DNA from: Thermoleophilia bacterium
GTDB taxonomy: Bacteria > Actinomycetota > Thermoleophilia > Miltoncostaeales > Miltoncostaeaceae
Direction of reading: 5' to 3'
Assembly: GCA_046330435.1 (NCBI GenBank)
Contig: JAXLST010000017.1
Location: 46,450-110,449, forward strand
DNA: 64,000 nt
Shown here: positions 56,426-64,000 of the stretch, piece after piece
How positions within the stretch are numbered: the first letter of the stretch is position 1
How the letters are laid out: the number at the start of each line of letters is the position of its first letter
Notes under the pieces: model-generated
The model's database searches: none
What the model was told of the DNA's origin: nothing
The model's input: the letters and a program-made list of their open reading frames with translations, nothing else
Made by a program: the position numbers and the translations under genes

Positions 56426-57607
56426 ATGGGGCGGCCGCGGCGCCCGGCCTACGATTCACGTGTGCGCGCGGCCCTGACGTCCTTCTGGAACGAACCGCCG
56501 GTCGCCGATCCGCCGCGTCGTGTGTGGCGCGACTGGGCGCTGGTCTCCCTGCTGGTGCCGGCGTGCGTGGTCGAGGCGGTCGTCCGGGAGGACCTCCCGT
56601 ACCGCTGGCTCAGCCTCGCCGTCGCGCTTGCCGGCATCCCGTTCCTGCTCGTGCGCCGCACGCATCCGCTGTGCTGCGTGGCCCTGGTCTTCGGGCCCGC
56701 GCTCGCGTTGAACATCCCGTGGCTGGTGCGCGGTGGCGACGGGAACCCCCCGGGCCTCAACACGTACGCCTACTGCCTGCTGTTCTCCTACGCGCTGTTC
56801 CGGTGGGGCTCGGGGCGGCACGGGGTGATGGGGCTGGGGATCATGCTGGTGCCGGCCACGGTCATCACGGCGTTCGAGAACAGCGGGGCGAGCGAGCCGG
56901 TGGGCGGGTTCGTCGTGTTCTTCGCCGTCGTCGCGGTGGCACTCGCGGTGCGGTACCGCACCCGCGCACGGGCGTCGGAGCTCGACGAGGTGCGCGCACG
57001 AGAACGTGAGGCGCTCGCGCGGGACCTCCACGACACCGTCGCCCACCACCTGTCGGCGATCGCGATCCGCGCGCAGGCGGGCATCGCCGTGGCGGCCGCG
57101 GATCCCGGCGCGGCGGTGGAGTCGCTTCGCATCATCGACGCGGAGGCGTCGCGTACCCTCGCCGAGATGCGCACGATCGTCCGGGAGCTGCGGACGTCCG
57201 GTCCCGCGGAGTTCACGCCCCTCCCGGGCATCGTCGACGTGCGCGAGTTCGCGCAAACCGCGCCGGGGGATCCGCCGGTGCACGTGGATCTCGACGGTGA
57301 TCCGGAGGGTGTGCCTGCACCGGTTGCCGCGGCGGCGTACCGGCTGGTGCAGGAGTCGATCACGAACGCCCGGCGCCATGCCCGGCGGGCCACCCGCATC
57401 GATGTCCTGGTGCGCACCGGTGCGGACGTCGTGACCGTGGAGGTCACCGACGACGGCGACGCATCCATCCGCACCGGCGAGGGGTTCGGCATCGTCGGGA
57501 TGGTTGAGCGCGCGGAGCGACTGGGCGGCACGTGCGTCGCCGGGCCGCGTCACGGCGGTGGTTGGGCGGTCACCGCGGTGCTGCCCCTGCGGGGGGCGTC
57601 GGCGTGA
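56426..57607 (+). CDS. Sensor histidine kinase (HisKA_3 / NarL-partner type)
   Basis: Polytopic N-terminus. ARDLHDTVAHHLSAIAIRAQ H-box. HATPase region (VQESITNARRHA, GFGIVGMVERA). Start may be GTG 56462. Confidence 0.85.
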   Translation: MGRPRRPAYDSRVRAALTSFWNEPPVADPPRRVWRDWALVSLLVPACVVEAVVREDLPYRWLSLAVALAGIPFLLVRRTHPLCCVALVFGPALALNIPWLVRGGDGNPPGLNTYAYCLLFSYALFRWGSGRHGVMGLGIMLVPATVITAFENSGASEPVGGFVVFFAVVAVALAVRYRTRARASELDEVRAREREALARDLHDTVAHHLSAIAIRAQAGIAVAAADPGAAVESLRIIDAEASRTLAEMRTIVRELRTSGPAEFTPLPGIVDVREFAQTAPGDPPVHVDLDGDPEGVPAPVAAAAYRLVQESITNARRHARRATRIDVLVRTGADVVTVEVTDDGDASIRTGEGFGIVGMVERAERLGGTCVAGPRHGGGWAVTAVLPLRGASA

Positions 57608-58266
57608 GCATCCGGGTGCTGGTGGCCGACGATCAGGAGATCGTGCGCACGGGCCTGGCGATGATCCTCGGTGCGCAGCCGGGGATCGAGGTCGTCGGGC
57701 AGGCCGCCGACGGGCGCGAGGCCGTGGAGCAGGCCCTCCGCCTTCGCCCGGACGTGTGCCTGTTCGACATCCGCATGCCGGTGATGGATGGCGTGGAGGC
57801 GACCCGCCGCCTCGCCGGCCCGGACGTCGCCGACCCCATGGCGGTGGTGGTCATCACAACCTTCGACCTGGACCAGTACGTCCATGGCGCCCTGAAGGCC
57901 GGCGCCCGCGGGTTCCTGCTCAAGGACGCGGGCCCGGAGCTGCTCGTGCAGGCGATCCACGCCGCCGCGAGCGGCGACGCGCTGATCGCCCCCAGTGTCA
58001 CCGCCCGCCTGCTCTCGACGTTCGCCGATGCCGGCGGCGTCGCACCCGCCCCTCCGCGTGAACCGCTCACGGAGCGTGAGGAGGAGGTGCTCGCCACCCT
58101 CGCCCGCGGCCGCACGAACACCGAGATCGCGGACGAGCTTTACATCAGCCTCAGCACCGTCAAGACCCACGTCGCGAGCCTCATGGACAAGCTCGGCGCC
58201 CGGAACCGCGTGGAGATCGCCATCTGGGCCCACGAGACCGGGAGGGCGGGACGCGGCGGGAGCTGA
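57604..58266 (+). CDS. NarL/FixJ-family response regulator
   Basis: GTGA overlap with the kinase stop. VLVADDQ...CLFDIRMPVMDG. LTEREEEVLATLARGRTNTEIADELYISLSTVKTH. Confidence 0.9.
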   Translation: MSIRVLVADDQEIVRTGLAMILGAQPGIEVVGQAADGREAVEQALRLRPDVCLFDIRMPVMDGVEATRRLAGPDVADPMAVVVITTFDLDQYVHGALKAGARGFLLKDAGPELLVQAIHAAASGDALIAPSVTARLLSTFADAGGVAPAPPREPLTEREEEVLATLARGRTNTEIADELYISLSTVKTHVASLMDKLGARNRVEIAIWAHETGRAGRGGS

Positions 58267-58439
58267 GCGGGCCGAGGTCGGTCCCGGGGCCGGCGGCCAC
58301 GACCTCTGCTCGCGGTGGCTGACCCACGATCGTCATGGCACGTCTCGGCTGGTCGAATTGCGGCCCTGTTGTCTCCCTCGGCACGGCGAAGTGACGGTGT
58401 GTGACACTCGTTGTTCTCCGTACCGGCAAGGCTCAGCCG

Positions 58440-58670
58440 ATGCCCCGCGACCCCGAGATGGCGCTCAAGCTGAGTGCGCATGCCCGACGCCGAATGCGTT
58501 TGCGCAGCATCTCAGTCGAGGAGGTCTTGCAGGTGATCGCCCTGTGCCCCAAACCCAAACAACAGAGCGACGGGACCCTGTTCTTCGAGGCGTGGGTGGG
58601 CGGCCGGCCGCTCGGGGTGGTGCGTGCGCTGGATGCCACAATCGTGACCGTGCTGGACTTCTCCCGATGA
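58440..58670 (+). CDS. DUF4258-like protein (putative toxin component)
   Basis: LKLSAHARRRMRLRSISVEEVLQVI pattern. Lower local G+C. Confidence 0.6.
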   Translation: MPRDPEMALKLSAHARRRMRLRSISVEEVLQVIALCPKPKQQSDGTLFFEAWVGGRPLGVVRALDATIVTVLDFSR

Positions 58671-58688
58671 CGCTGGTTCGCTACTGAC

Positions 58689-58946
58689 ATGACCCGCCCC
58701 ATCCGCATCGAGTACGACCCCACCGTCGACGCCCTGGCGATCGATTTCCCCGGCGCCGATGACGGCGCCTCGGCGAAGCTCGTCCGGCTCGACCGGGACC
58801 GCGCCCTCGACTACGACGCTCAGGGTCGCCTGATCTCGATCGAACTCCTCAACGTCTCGAAGGGCGTCGTCCTCGACGGACTTCCTGAGCCTGAGGTGGT
58901 TCGTGACGCGCTGCACCTGGTCGGGCCCCGGCACGCCGCCGCCTAA
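58689..58946 (+). CDS. DUF2283-like protein (putative antitoxin partner)
   Basis: IRIEYDPTVDALAIDF...LDYDAQGRLISIELLNVSK pattern. 18 nt after the DUF4258-like gene. Confidence 0.6.
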   Translation: MTRPIRIEYDPTVDALAIDFPGADDGASAKLVRLDRDRALDYDAQGRLISIELLNVSKGVVLDGLPEPEVVRDALHLVGPRHAAA

Positions 58947-58984
58947 CGCGGAACCAGTCCGAATCCGGTCAGCAGGAGGGTGAC

Positions 58985-59458
58985 GTGGGAAGCGATGCGC
59001 AGGGTGGCTGGGCGCCGCACCCGGACGGCGGGCAACCAAGTGAGGAACTCGGACCGGTCCCAGCCGGCCGGATCGTCGGGCTCGGTGCACTGTGCGAGTT
59101 GGCGCCCAATCCCCGGCTCGACCAGAAGGCGCAGAGCTTTCACGTCAGCGAGTTCTTGCTCATGGACGACGGCCGGCGCGTCACCCTGCACCGAGAGCGC
59201 GGCCTGACGCTCAGCGGGGCGCGCACCGTCGGTGTCCCGGGTTCCACGGCTCCACGTGTGGGTCTCACGCCGGAGAACCTGATCGCGCAGGTCCTGAACG
59301 TGGTGCTCCCGGATGACGGCGACGAACCCCACCCCTGGGAGTGGCTGGCCGGCCTGGCCGGAACGCGCGGTCTGGAGGCAACTGCGGACGACCTGCGCGG
59401 TCTGCCGTATGAGGTCATCCTGGCTGACGACGTCCAGCGGTGGCTCACGGGGTCCTGA
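58985..59458 (+). CDS. Hypothetical protein
   Basis: 157-aa ORF with coding-like GC3. The alternative minus-strand ORF 58943-59542 looks less protein-like. Start uncertain. Confidence 0.45.
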   Translation: MGSDAQGGWAPHPDGGQPSEELGPVPAGRIVGLGALCELAPNPRLDQKAQSFHVSEFLLMDDGRRVTLHRERGLTLSGARTVGVPGSTAPRVGLTPENLIAQVLNVVLPDDGDEPHPWEWLAGLAGTRGLEATADDLRGLPYEVILADDVQRWLTGS

Positions 59459-59648
59459 CCCGCGTGGCCCCGCGAGTGGGGGCGCCCACGAGCTCAAGGA
59501 GGTCGCACCAAGCCGCCGACCCCAGCCGGTCTTCGAACTCACTCTGAAGTGGTGCCGTCACGTGCAGACGACACCTCCAACCGAGGATGCTGTTCGAGGG
59601 TGGCGGGGACCGCCGCGTCCAGAAGACCCTCAGCTCGTGCCGAGGAAG

Positions 59649-59722
59649 CGCGCCCGGGAGGATTCGAACCTCCGACCGGCGGATTAGAAGTCCGCTGCTC
59701 TATCCAGCTGAGCTACGAGCGC
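59649..59722 (-). tRNA. tRNA-Arg (anticodon TCT)
   Basis: Acceptor GCGCTCG/CGGGCGC, D-arm GCTC/GAGC, anticodon stem GCGGA/TCCGC with loop CTTCTAA, T-arm GGAGG-TTCGAAT-CCTCC. Confidence 0.9.
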
Positions 59723-59750
59723 ATTGGCCGGTCGAACCGGCCCCTCGACG

Positions 59751-60488
59751 TTACCCCACGCCGGGGACGGCCGTCGGAGCGGGGTCCCCGTCCACGTCCT
59801 CGGCGACGCGGAGACGGCGGTCGGCGATGTGGAGCCTTCGGTCGGCGATGGCATCGAGCAGGCGCAGATCGTGACTCGCGACGAGCACTGCGGTTCCCTC
59901 CGCCCGGGCCTCGAGGAGGAGGGCGGCGACCGATGCGGCGGTCGTGACGTCCAGGGCGCTCGTGGGCTCGTCGGCGACCAGGAGGTCCGGTTCGGCGACG
60001 AGGGCGCGGGCGACGGCAACGCGCTGGCACTGCCCCACCGACAGCCGGCCGGGCCGCTGCCGCTCGTCGACGCGGCCCAGGCCGACGCGCGAGAGGGCGG
60101 CGCGGGCCCGGTCGCGGACCTCGGCGGCGGGCACACCCGACAGGCGCAGCGGCTGCTCGACCGAACGCAGGATCGACCACAGGGGGTCGAGGGTGGCGCG
60201 CGCGTCCTGAGCGATCCAGCCGATGCTGCCCGGGGCGGCGCGGCGCGCCTCCCACGGGGGACGCAGGCCGGTCTGCGTGCGCACCGACACCACTCCGGCC
60301 GTGGGCTCGAGTTCACCGCACAGCAGCGATGCGAGCGTCGACTTGCCGCTCCCCGACGGCCCCGACACGCCCACCAGCTCCCCGGCCCGCAGATCGAGGT
60401 GCACGTCGTCGAGCACGACGTGCGCGCGGCCACGCCGGTGCCGGTGCAACGACACGCCCGCAAGCCGGGCGACGCTCGCGATCGTCAT
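59751..60488 (-). CDS. ABC transporter ATP-binding protein (Dpp/Opp F-type)
   Basis: Walker A GPSGSGKST, signature LSVGQCQRVAVARAL, Walker B LLVADEPTSALD. ATGA overlap with the upstream ATPase. Confidence 0.88.
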   Translation of the reverse strand: MTIASVARLAGVSLHRHRRGRAHVVLDDVHLDLRAGELVGVSGPSGSGKSTLASLLCGELEPTAGVVSVRTQTGLRPPWEARRAAPGSIGWIAQDARATLDPLWSILRSVEQPLRLSGVPAAEVRDRARAALSRVGLGRVDERQRPGRLSVGQCQRVAVARALVAEPDLLVADEPTSALDVTTAASVAALLLEARAEGTAVLVASHDLRLLDAIADRRLHIADRRLRVAEDVDGDPAPTAVPGVG

Positions 60489-61387
60489 GCCGGGAAATGA
60501 CATGCCACATCTCCTTCGGGAAGCGGGGTCGTCGCGCACATCTGCTCCGCGCACCGGCACCGCGGCCGGAACGCGCAGCCGGCGTCCGCCGCACGGGGAT
60601 CCGGGGGATCGCCCGGCAGGGGGGCGGGCGGGAGACCGGTCCGGGGCAGCGCATCCACCAGAGCCGCCGAGTACCGGTGCCGCGGGCGGGCCAGCACCCG
60701 CCCGGCGGGTCCGCGCTCCACCACGCGGCCCGCGTACATCACCAGGGCCGTGTCCGCGGCCCGTGCCGCCACGTCGAGGTCATGGGTGACCAGCAGCATC
60801 GACGGTGCCTCCTCGGCGAGCACGGCCAGCGTCGTGTCGATCGCCTCGTGGTCGAGGGCGCTCGTGGGCTCATCCGCCAGCACCAGCTCCGGGCCGTGTA
60901 CCGTTGCCGCGGCGATCGCCGCGCGCTGGAGCATCCCTCCGCTCCAGGTGTGCGGGAACGAGCGCGCGCGAGCCGCGTGCGGTGCGATGCCAAGACGCTC
61001 GAACCGCTCCGCCGCCGCCTCCGCGGACAGCCGCAGGCCGTGCGCCCGAGCTGCCTCGGTGAGGTGGTGCCGCACCGTGCGCAACGGATCGATCGCCGCA
61101 TACGGATCCTGCGGGACGTACCCCACGGTCCTGCCGCGGAGCCGCCGCAGGTCCCGCTCCCGCGCGGAGGTGACCTCCACGCCCGCGAGCCGCACCCGCC
61201 CCGACACCGCGGTGCCGCGCGGCAGGAGCCCGAGGATCGCCGCCACGAGAGTGGACTTGCCGCTGCCGGACTCCCCCACCACCGCCACCCGGTCACCGCG
61301 GTGCAACACCAGGTCGACGCCGCGCAGGGCGCGGGTGCCGTCGGGGTAGGTCACATGCAGGTCGCGCACCGCCAGGAGAGCGCTCAT
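60485..61387 (-). CDS. ABC transporter ATP-binding protein (Dpp/Opp D-type) with Cys-rich C-terminal extension
   Basis: GESGSGKST, SGGMLQRAAIAAA, LVLADEPTSALD. C-terminus CAFRPRCRCAEQMC. Confidence 0.88.
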   Translation of the reverse strand: MSALLAVRDLHVTYPDGTRALRGVDLVLHRGDRVAVVGESGSGKSTLVAAILGLLPRGTAVSGRVRLAGVEVTSARERDLRRLRGRTVGYVPQDPYAAIDPLRTVRHHLTEAARAHGLRLSAEAAAERFERLGIAPHAARARSFPHTWSGGMLQRAAIAAATVHGPELVLADEPTSALDHEAIDTTLAVLAEEAPSMLLVTHDLDVAARAADTALVMYAGRVVERGPAGRVLARPRHRYSAALVDALPRTGLPPAPLPGDPPDPRAADAGCAFRPRCRCAEQMCATTPLPEGDVACHFPA

Positions 61388-62199
61388 ACCTGGATCCCTC
61401 CCTCGTACGCGCGCTCACCGGAGGCGACGAACGGGAGCACCACCAGCAGCACCATCGCCGAGGGCGCCAGCAGCATCCACGGTGCGTCCAGCACGAAGTC
61501 CTGGCCGTCACGGAGCATGAGCCCGAGGTCCGGGTCGGGCTGCTGGGCGCCCAGGCCCATGAACCCCAGCGCCGCCATGGCGAGCACCACGTACCCCACG
61601 TCCATGCACGCCACCACCACCAGACCGCGGGCGACGTGGGGGACGACGTGGTCGCGCAGCAACCGCGGCGTGCCGGCCCCCGCGACCCGCGCCGCGCGGA
61701 CGAACCGCCCGCGCCGCAACTGCGCCGCGTGCTGCTCGGCGAGGCGCGCGTACCAGGCCCACCCCACCAGGCACAGCGCGAGCATGGTGTTGCGCACCCC
61801 GGGGCCGAGGGCACCGATGATCGCGATCGCCACGATGATCCCGGGGATGCCGAGCACCAGCGAGATGGCGCCCGACAGCACCCCGCCGATGCGGCGCGGC
61901 GCGAGGCCCGCCGCGGTCCCCACCAGCAGCCCCGCGGTCCATGACACCGCCACCACCGCCAGCGCGGCGAACACGACGGTGCGGGTCCCGGACAGGAGCC
62001 GCAGCAGGACGTCCCGGCCGAAGTCGTCGGTGCCCAGCAGGTGCCCGCCACCGGGCGCCGCCAGGGCGTCGTGCAGGTGCTGATCGAGCGGGTCGCCAGG
62101 CACCAGCACCGGGGCGAGGGTCACCGCGGTCAGCACCGCCACCAGCACCAGCACCGGCGCGGGCAGAGCCCGGAGGCGGCTCCAGATGCCCGCGGTCAC
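61384..62199 (-). CDS. ABC transporter permease (DppC/OppC-like)
   Basis: HLLGTDDFGRDVLLRL N-terminal motif and 6 TM segments. GTGA overlap with the upstream permease. Confidence 0.85.
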   Translation of the reverse strand: MTAGIWSRLRALPAPVLVLVAVLTAVTLAPVLVPGDPLDQHLHDALAAPGGGHLLGTDDFGRDVLLRLLSGTRTVVFAALAVVAVSWTAGLLVGTAAGLAPRRIGGVLSGAISLVLGIPGIIVAIAIIGALGPGVRNTMLALCLVGWAWYARLAEQHAAQLRRGRFVRAARVAGAGTPRLLRDHVVPHVARGLVVVACMDVGYVVLAMAALGFMGLGAQQPDPDLGLMLRDGQDFVLDAPWMLLAPSAMVLLVVLPFVASGERAYEGGIQV

Positions 62200-63164
62200 C
62201 GGGGACCGCCCCGCAGGCGCGGATCCAGCGCCCACGCCGCCGCCCGTGTGAGGTCGTTCGCCACGCGGAACGCCACGATCGACAACAGCACCGTCGCCTG
62301 CAGCACCGGGAGGTCCCGTTCCATCGCCGCCTGCGCGGCGTACTGGCCCATGCCGGGCCAGGTGAACACCACCTCCACCACCGTCGTGGCCCCCAGGAGC
62401 GCGCCCAGCCCCAGGCCGATGAACGGCAGGAACCGCAGCATGACCGCGGGCAGCACGTGGCCGCGCAGGATGCGGGCCGGGGGTACGCCGCGGGCACGTG
62501 CGACCCGCACGGCATCGGACGACAGCGCGTCGACCGCCATGGCCCGCACCGGTCGCGCCCACGCGGCCGCCATCGCCGTACCCAGCACCGACGCCGGCAA
62601 CAGCGCACCGGACACCGACCCGTCGGCGAGCACCCGCCCGATGCCCAGGTCGGTCACCATGAACTGCAGCACCAGCACCCCCACCACGAACGCCGGCACC
62701 GCCGCGAACACCGACACCCCCGCGCGCAGCACGTGGTCGGCCGGGCGCCCGGCGCGCAACGCGCCCGCCAGGCCGAGCACCAGCGCCAGCACCACGGCGA
62801 TCACCAGGGCGGTCACGCCCAGCAGCAGCGTGTTGCCGATGCGCGGCCCCAGCAGGTCGGAGACGTCGGCGGGCGTCGCCCACGAACGCCCCAGGTCGCC
62901 GTGGGCGACGTCGCCGATCCAGTGGACCATCCGGCTGAGGAACGGGTGGTCCAGGCCGATCTCGGCGCGTTTGGCCGCCACCTCCGCCTCGCTGGGGATG
63001 CGGCTGGTCTGCGTCGCCATCAGGGTGAACGCCGGGTCACCGGGCACCAGCAGCTCCAGCGAGAACACGGCGGCCGCCGACAGCAGGAGCATGAGCAGGA
63101 ACCCCGCGAGCCGGCGGCCCGCGGTGACGGCGAGCGCCACCGCGGACGGCCGGCCCGCCGTCAT
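62196..63164 (-). CDS. ABC transporter permease (DppB/OppB-like)
   Basis: 322-aa polytopic protein. ARARGVPPARILRGHVLP EAA-loop-type motif. Confidence 0.85.
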   Translation of the reverse strand: MTAGRPSAVALAVTAGRRLAGFLLMLLLSAAAVFSLELLVPGDPAFTLMATQTSRIPSEAEVAAKRAEIGLDHPFLSRMVHWIGDVAHGDLGRSWATPADVSDLLGPRIGNTLLLGVTALVIAVVLALVLGLAGALRAGRPADHVLRAGVSVFAAVPAFVVGVLVLQFMVTDLGIGRVLADGSVSGALLPASVLGTAMAAAWARPVRAMAVDALSSDAVRVARARGVPPARILRGHVLPAVMLRFLPFIGLGLGALLGATTVVEVVFTWPGMGQYAAQAAMERDLPVLQATVLLSIVAFRVANDLTRAAAWALDPRLRGGPR

Positions 63165-64000
63165 CCGTTCGGCCGGGTCTGCCAGCCGATGAAGATGTAG
63201 AACGGGTCCACCTCGAGCCCCGCGTACCGCTTGCTCTGGAGCATCGTGGTGGGCTCGTCGGTGAGCGGCACGTAGTAGACGCGCTCGCCGTTGAGCTGCT
63301 GGGCCTTCCTGAACGCCGCGTCGACCTCGGCCTGGTCCTGGCCGGAGAGCACCGTGTCGAACAGGCCGGCGATCTCCTTGTCGCGCACCACCAGGTTGTA
63401 GTTCTTGTCGAACTGGTAGTTCCGGGCCATCGCCAGGTACGCGTTGCCGTCCAAGCCCAGGTTCTCGAGGTTGAGCAGCTGCGCGTTCACGGGGCCCGTG
63501 CCGGTGAGCGCCGGCGGGATGCCGCTGTAGTCGGGCAGGCGCTGCAACTTCGCCTCGAAGCCGACATCGCGCAGGTTCTCGACGGCCGCCGTCCCGATGG
63601 CCTCGAGGTCATCGGTGTAGGTCACGAACGTGACGGTGAGACGCTTGCCTCCCTTGGTGCGCACGCCATCCGCTCCCGGGGTCCATCCGGCCTCGTCGAG
63701 AAGCGCCTTCGCCGCCTCCGGGTCGTAGGTCTTCCACTGCACGCCCAGGGCGAAGTCGTCCGCGAAGACGCCCTTCAGCGGCCGCCACACGCCGTTCATC
63801 ACCGTGCCGAGGGCGTCGTTGTCGACGGCCAGGGCGAACGCCCGCCGCACCTTCACATCCGTGAACGGCTCCTTCTGCGGGCTGAGGTTGAAGGCCGCAT
63901 AACCGGCGGCGATGGGCGACGTGGCGTACGTGAGGTCCGGGAACCGCTGGGCCAGGCGCTTCACCTTCACCGACGGCACCAGCTGCAGGTCGGCTTCGCC
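63161..64000 (-). CDS. ABC transporter substrate-binding protein, family 5 (peptide/nickel), C-terminal part; N-terminus beyond the window
   Basis: Open to the window end. VRRAFALAVDNDAL, YYVPLTDEPTT. Overlaps the permease start. Confidence 0.8.
   Translation of the reverse strand, partial: GEADLQLVPSVKVKRLAQRFPDLTYATSPIAAGYAAFNLSPQKEPFTDVKVRRAFALAVDNDALGTVMNGVWRPLKGVFADDFALGVQWKTYDPEAAKALLDEAGWTPGADGVRTKGGKRLTVTFVTYTDDLEAIGTAAVENLRDVGFEAKLQRLPDYSGIPPALTGTGPVNAQLLNLENLGLDGNAYLAMARNYQFDKNYNLVVRDKEIAGLFDTVLSGQDQAEVDAAFRKAQQLNGERVYYVPLTDEPTTMLQSKRYAGLEVDPFYIFIGWQTRPNG

Noticed and set aside
58943-59542. 199-aa minus-strand ORF overlapping the 58985-59458 plus-strand ORF
   Set aside because: Its translation is less protein-like (Arg/Ser/Pro-rich N-terminal third) and its third-position bias is weaker than that of the plus-strand frame. 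Kept the plus-strand call, at modest confidence only.
59530-59575. GGTCTTCGAACTCAC segment resembling a tRNA T-arm, considered as an att repeat or tRNA fragment
   Set aside because: Similarity to the tRNA-Arg 3' half is weak and in the wrong orientation for an integration direct repeat. No cloverleaf can be folded.

Overview
Very high-G+C, actinobacterium-like chromosomal segment. It is densely coded, and most genes sit on the minus strand in translationally coupled operons (ATGA/GTGA overlaps).

**Conserved core, 0.3-21.4 kb**
- rng
- a DUF697-like gene
- rodA, mrdA (PBP2), mreD, mreC, mreB
- a STAS protein plus a giant GAF-PAS-PP2C-kinase partner-switching pair
- maf, ndk, folC, valS, clpX, clpP, tig
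- tRNA-Leu(TAG) and tRNA-His(GTG)

**Accessory and regulatory genes, 21.5-64 kb**
- cupins, a zinc alcohol dehydrogenase and a TetR regulator
- a MerR/B12 (LitR/CarH-like) regulator next to decayed nhaA and photolyase genes
- birA, a frameshifted amidohydrolase, and bioY
- a NarL-type response regulator with lipoproteins
- a Cys-rich protein, AAA+ ATPase, DsbA-like protein and an ECF sigma/anti-sigma block
- ExoD and a chloroperoxidase-type hydrolase
- a multi-PAS GGDEF protein
- a methyltransferase, a PadR regulator and a membrane-fused spermidine-synthase-like protein
- a two-component system with an MMPL transporter, a hydrolase, a CSLREA beta-helix protein and a second hydrolase. This locus carries a 1.2-kb direct duplication and heavy frameshift decay.
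- a DUF4258/DUF2283 toxin-antitoxin-like islet at tRNA-Arg(TCT)
- a Dpp/Opp-type ABC importer that runs off the window

No CRISPR array, transposase or integrase is visible.

**Main oddities**
1. Several core genes (rng, mreB, maf) have conserved N-terminal codons with no ATG/GTG/TTG available. They appear to start at CTG or ATC.
2. The tig start codon lies 5 nt after the tRNA-Leu 3' end.
3. Many genes look leaderless, with a -10 box 6-9 nt before the start codon.
4. Frameshift decay is confined to a few accessory genes, while large neighbouring genes are intact.

I did not find a clear-cut novel multi-gene system. The candidates are flagged below with modest scores. All homology calls come from motif recognition by eye; no database search was run.
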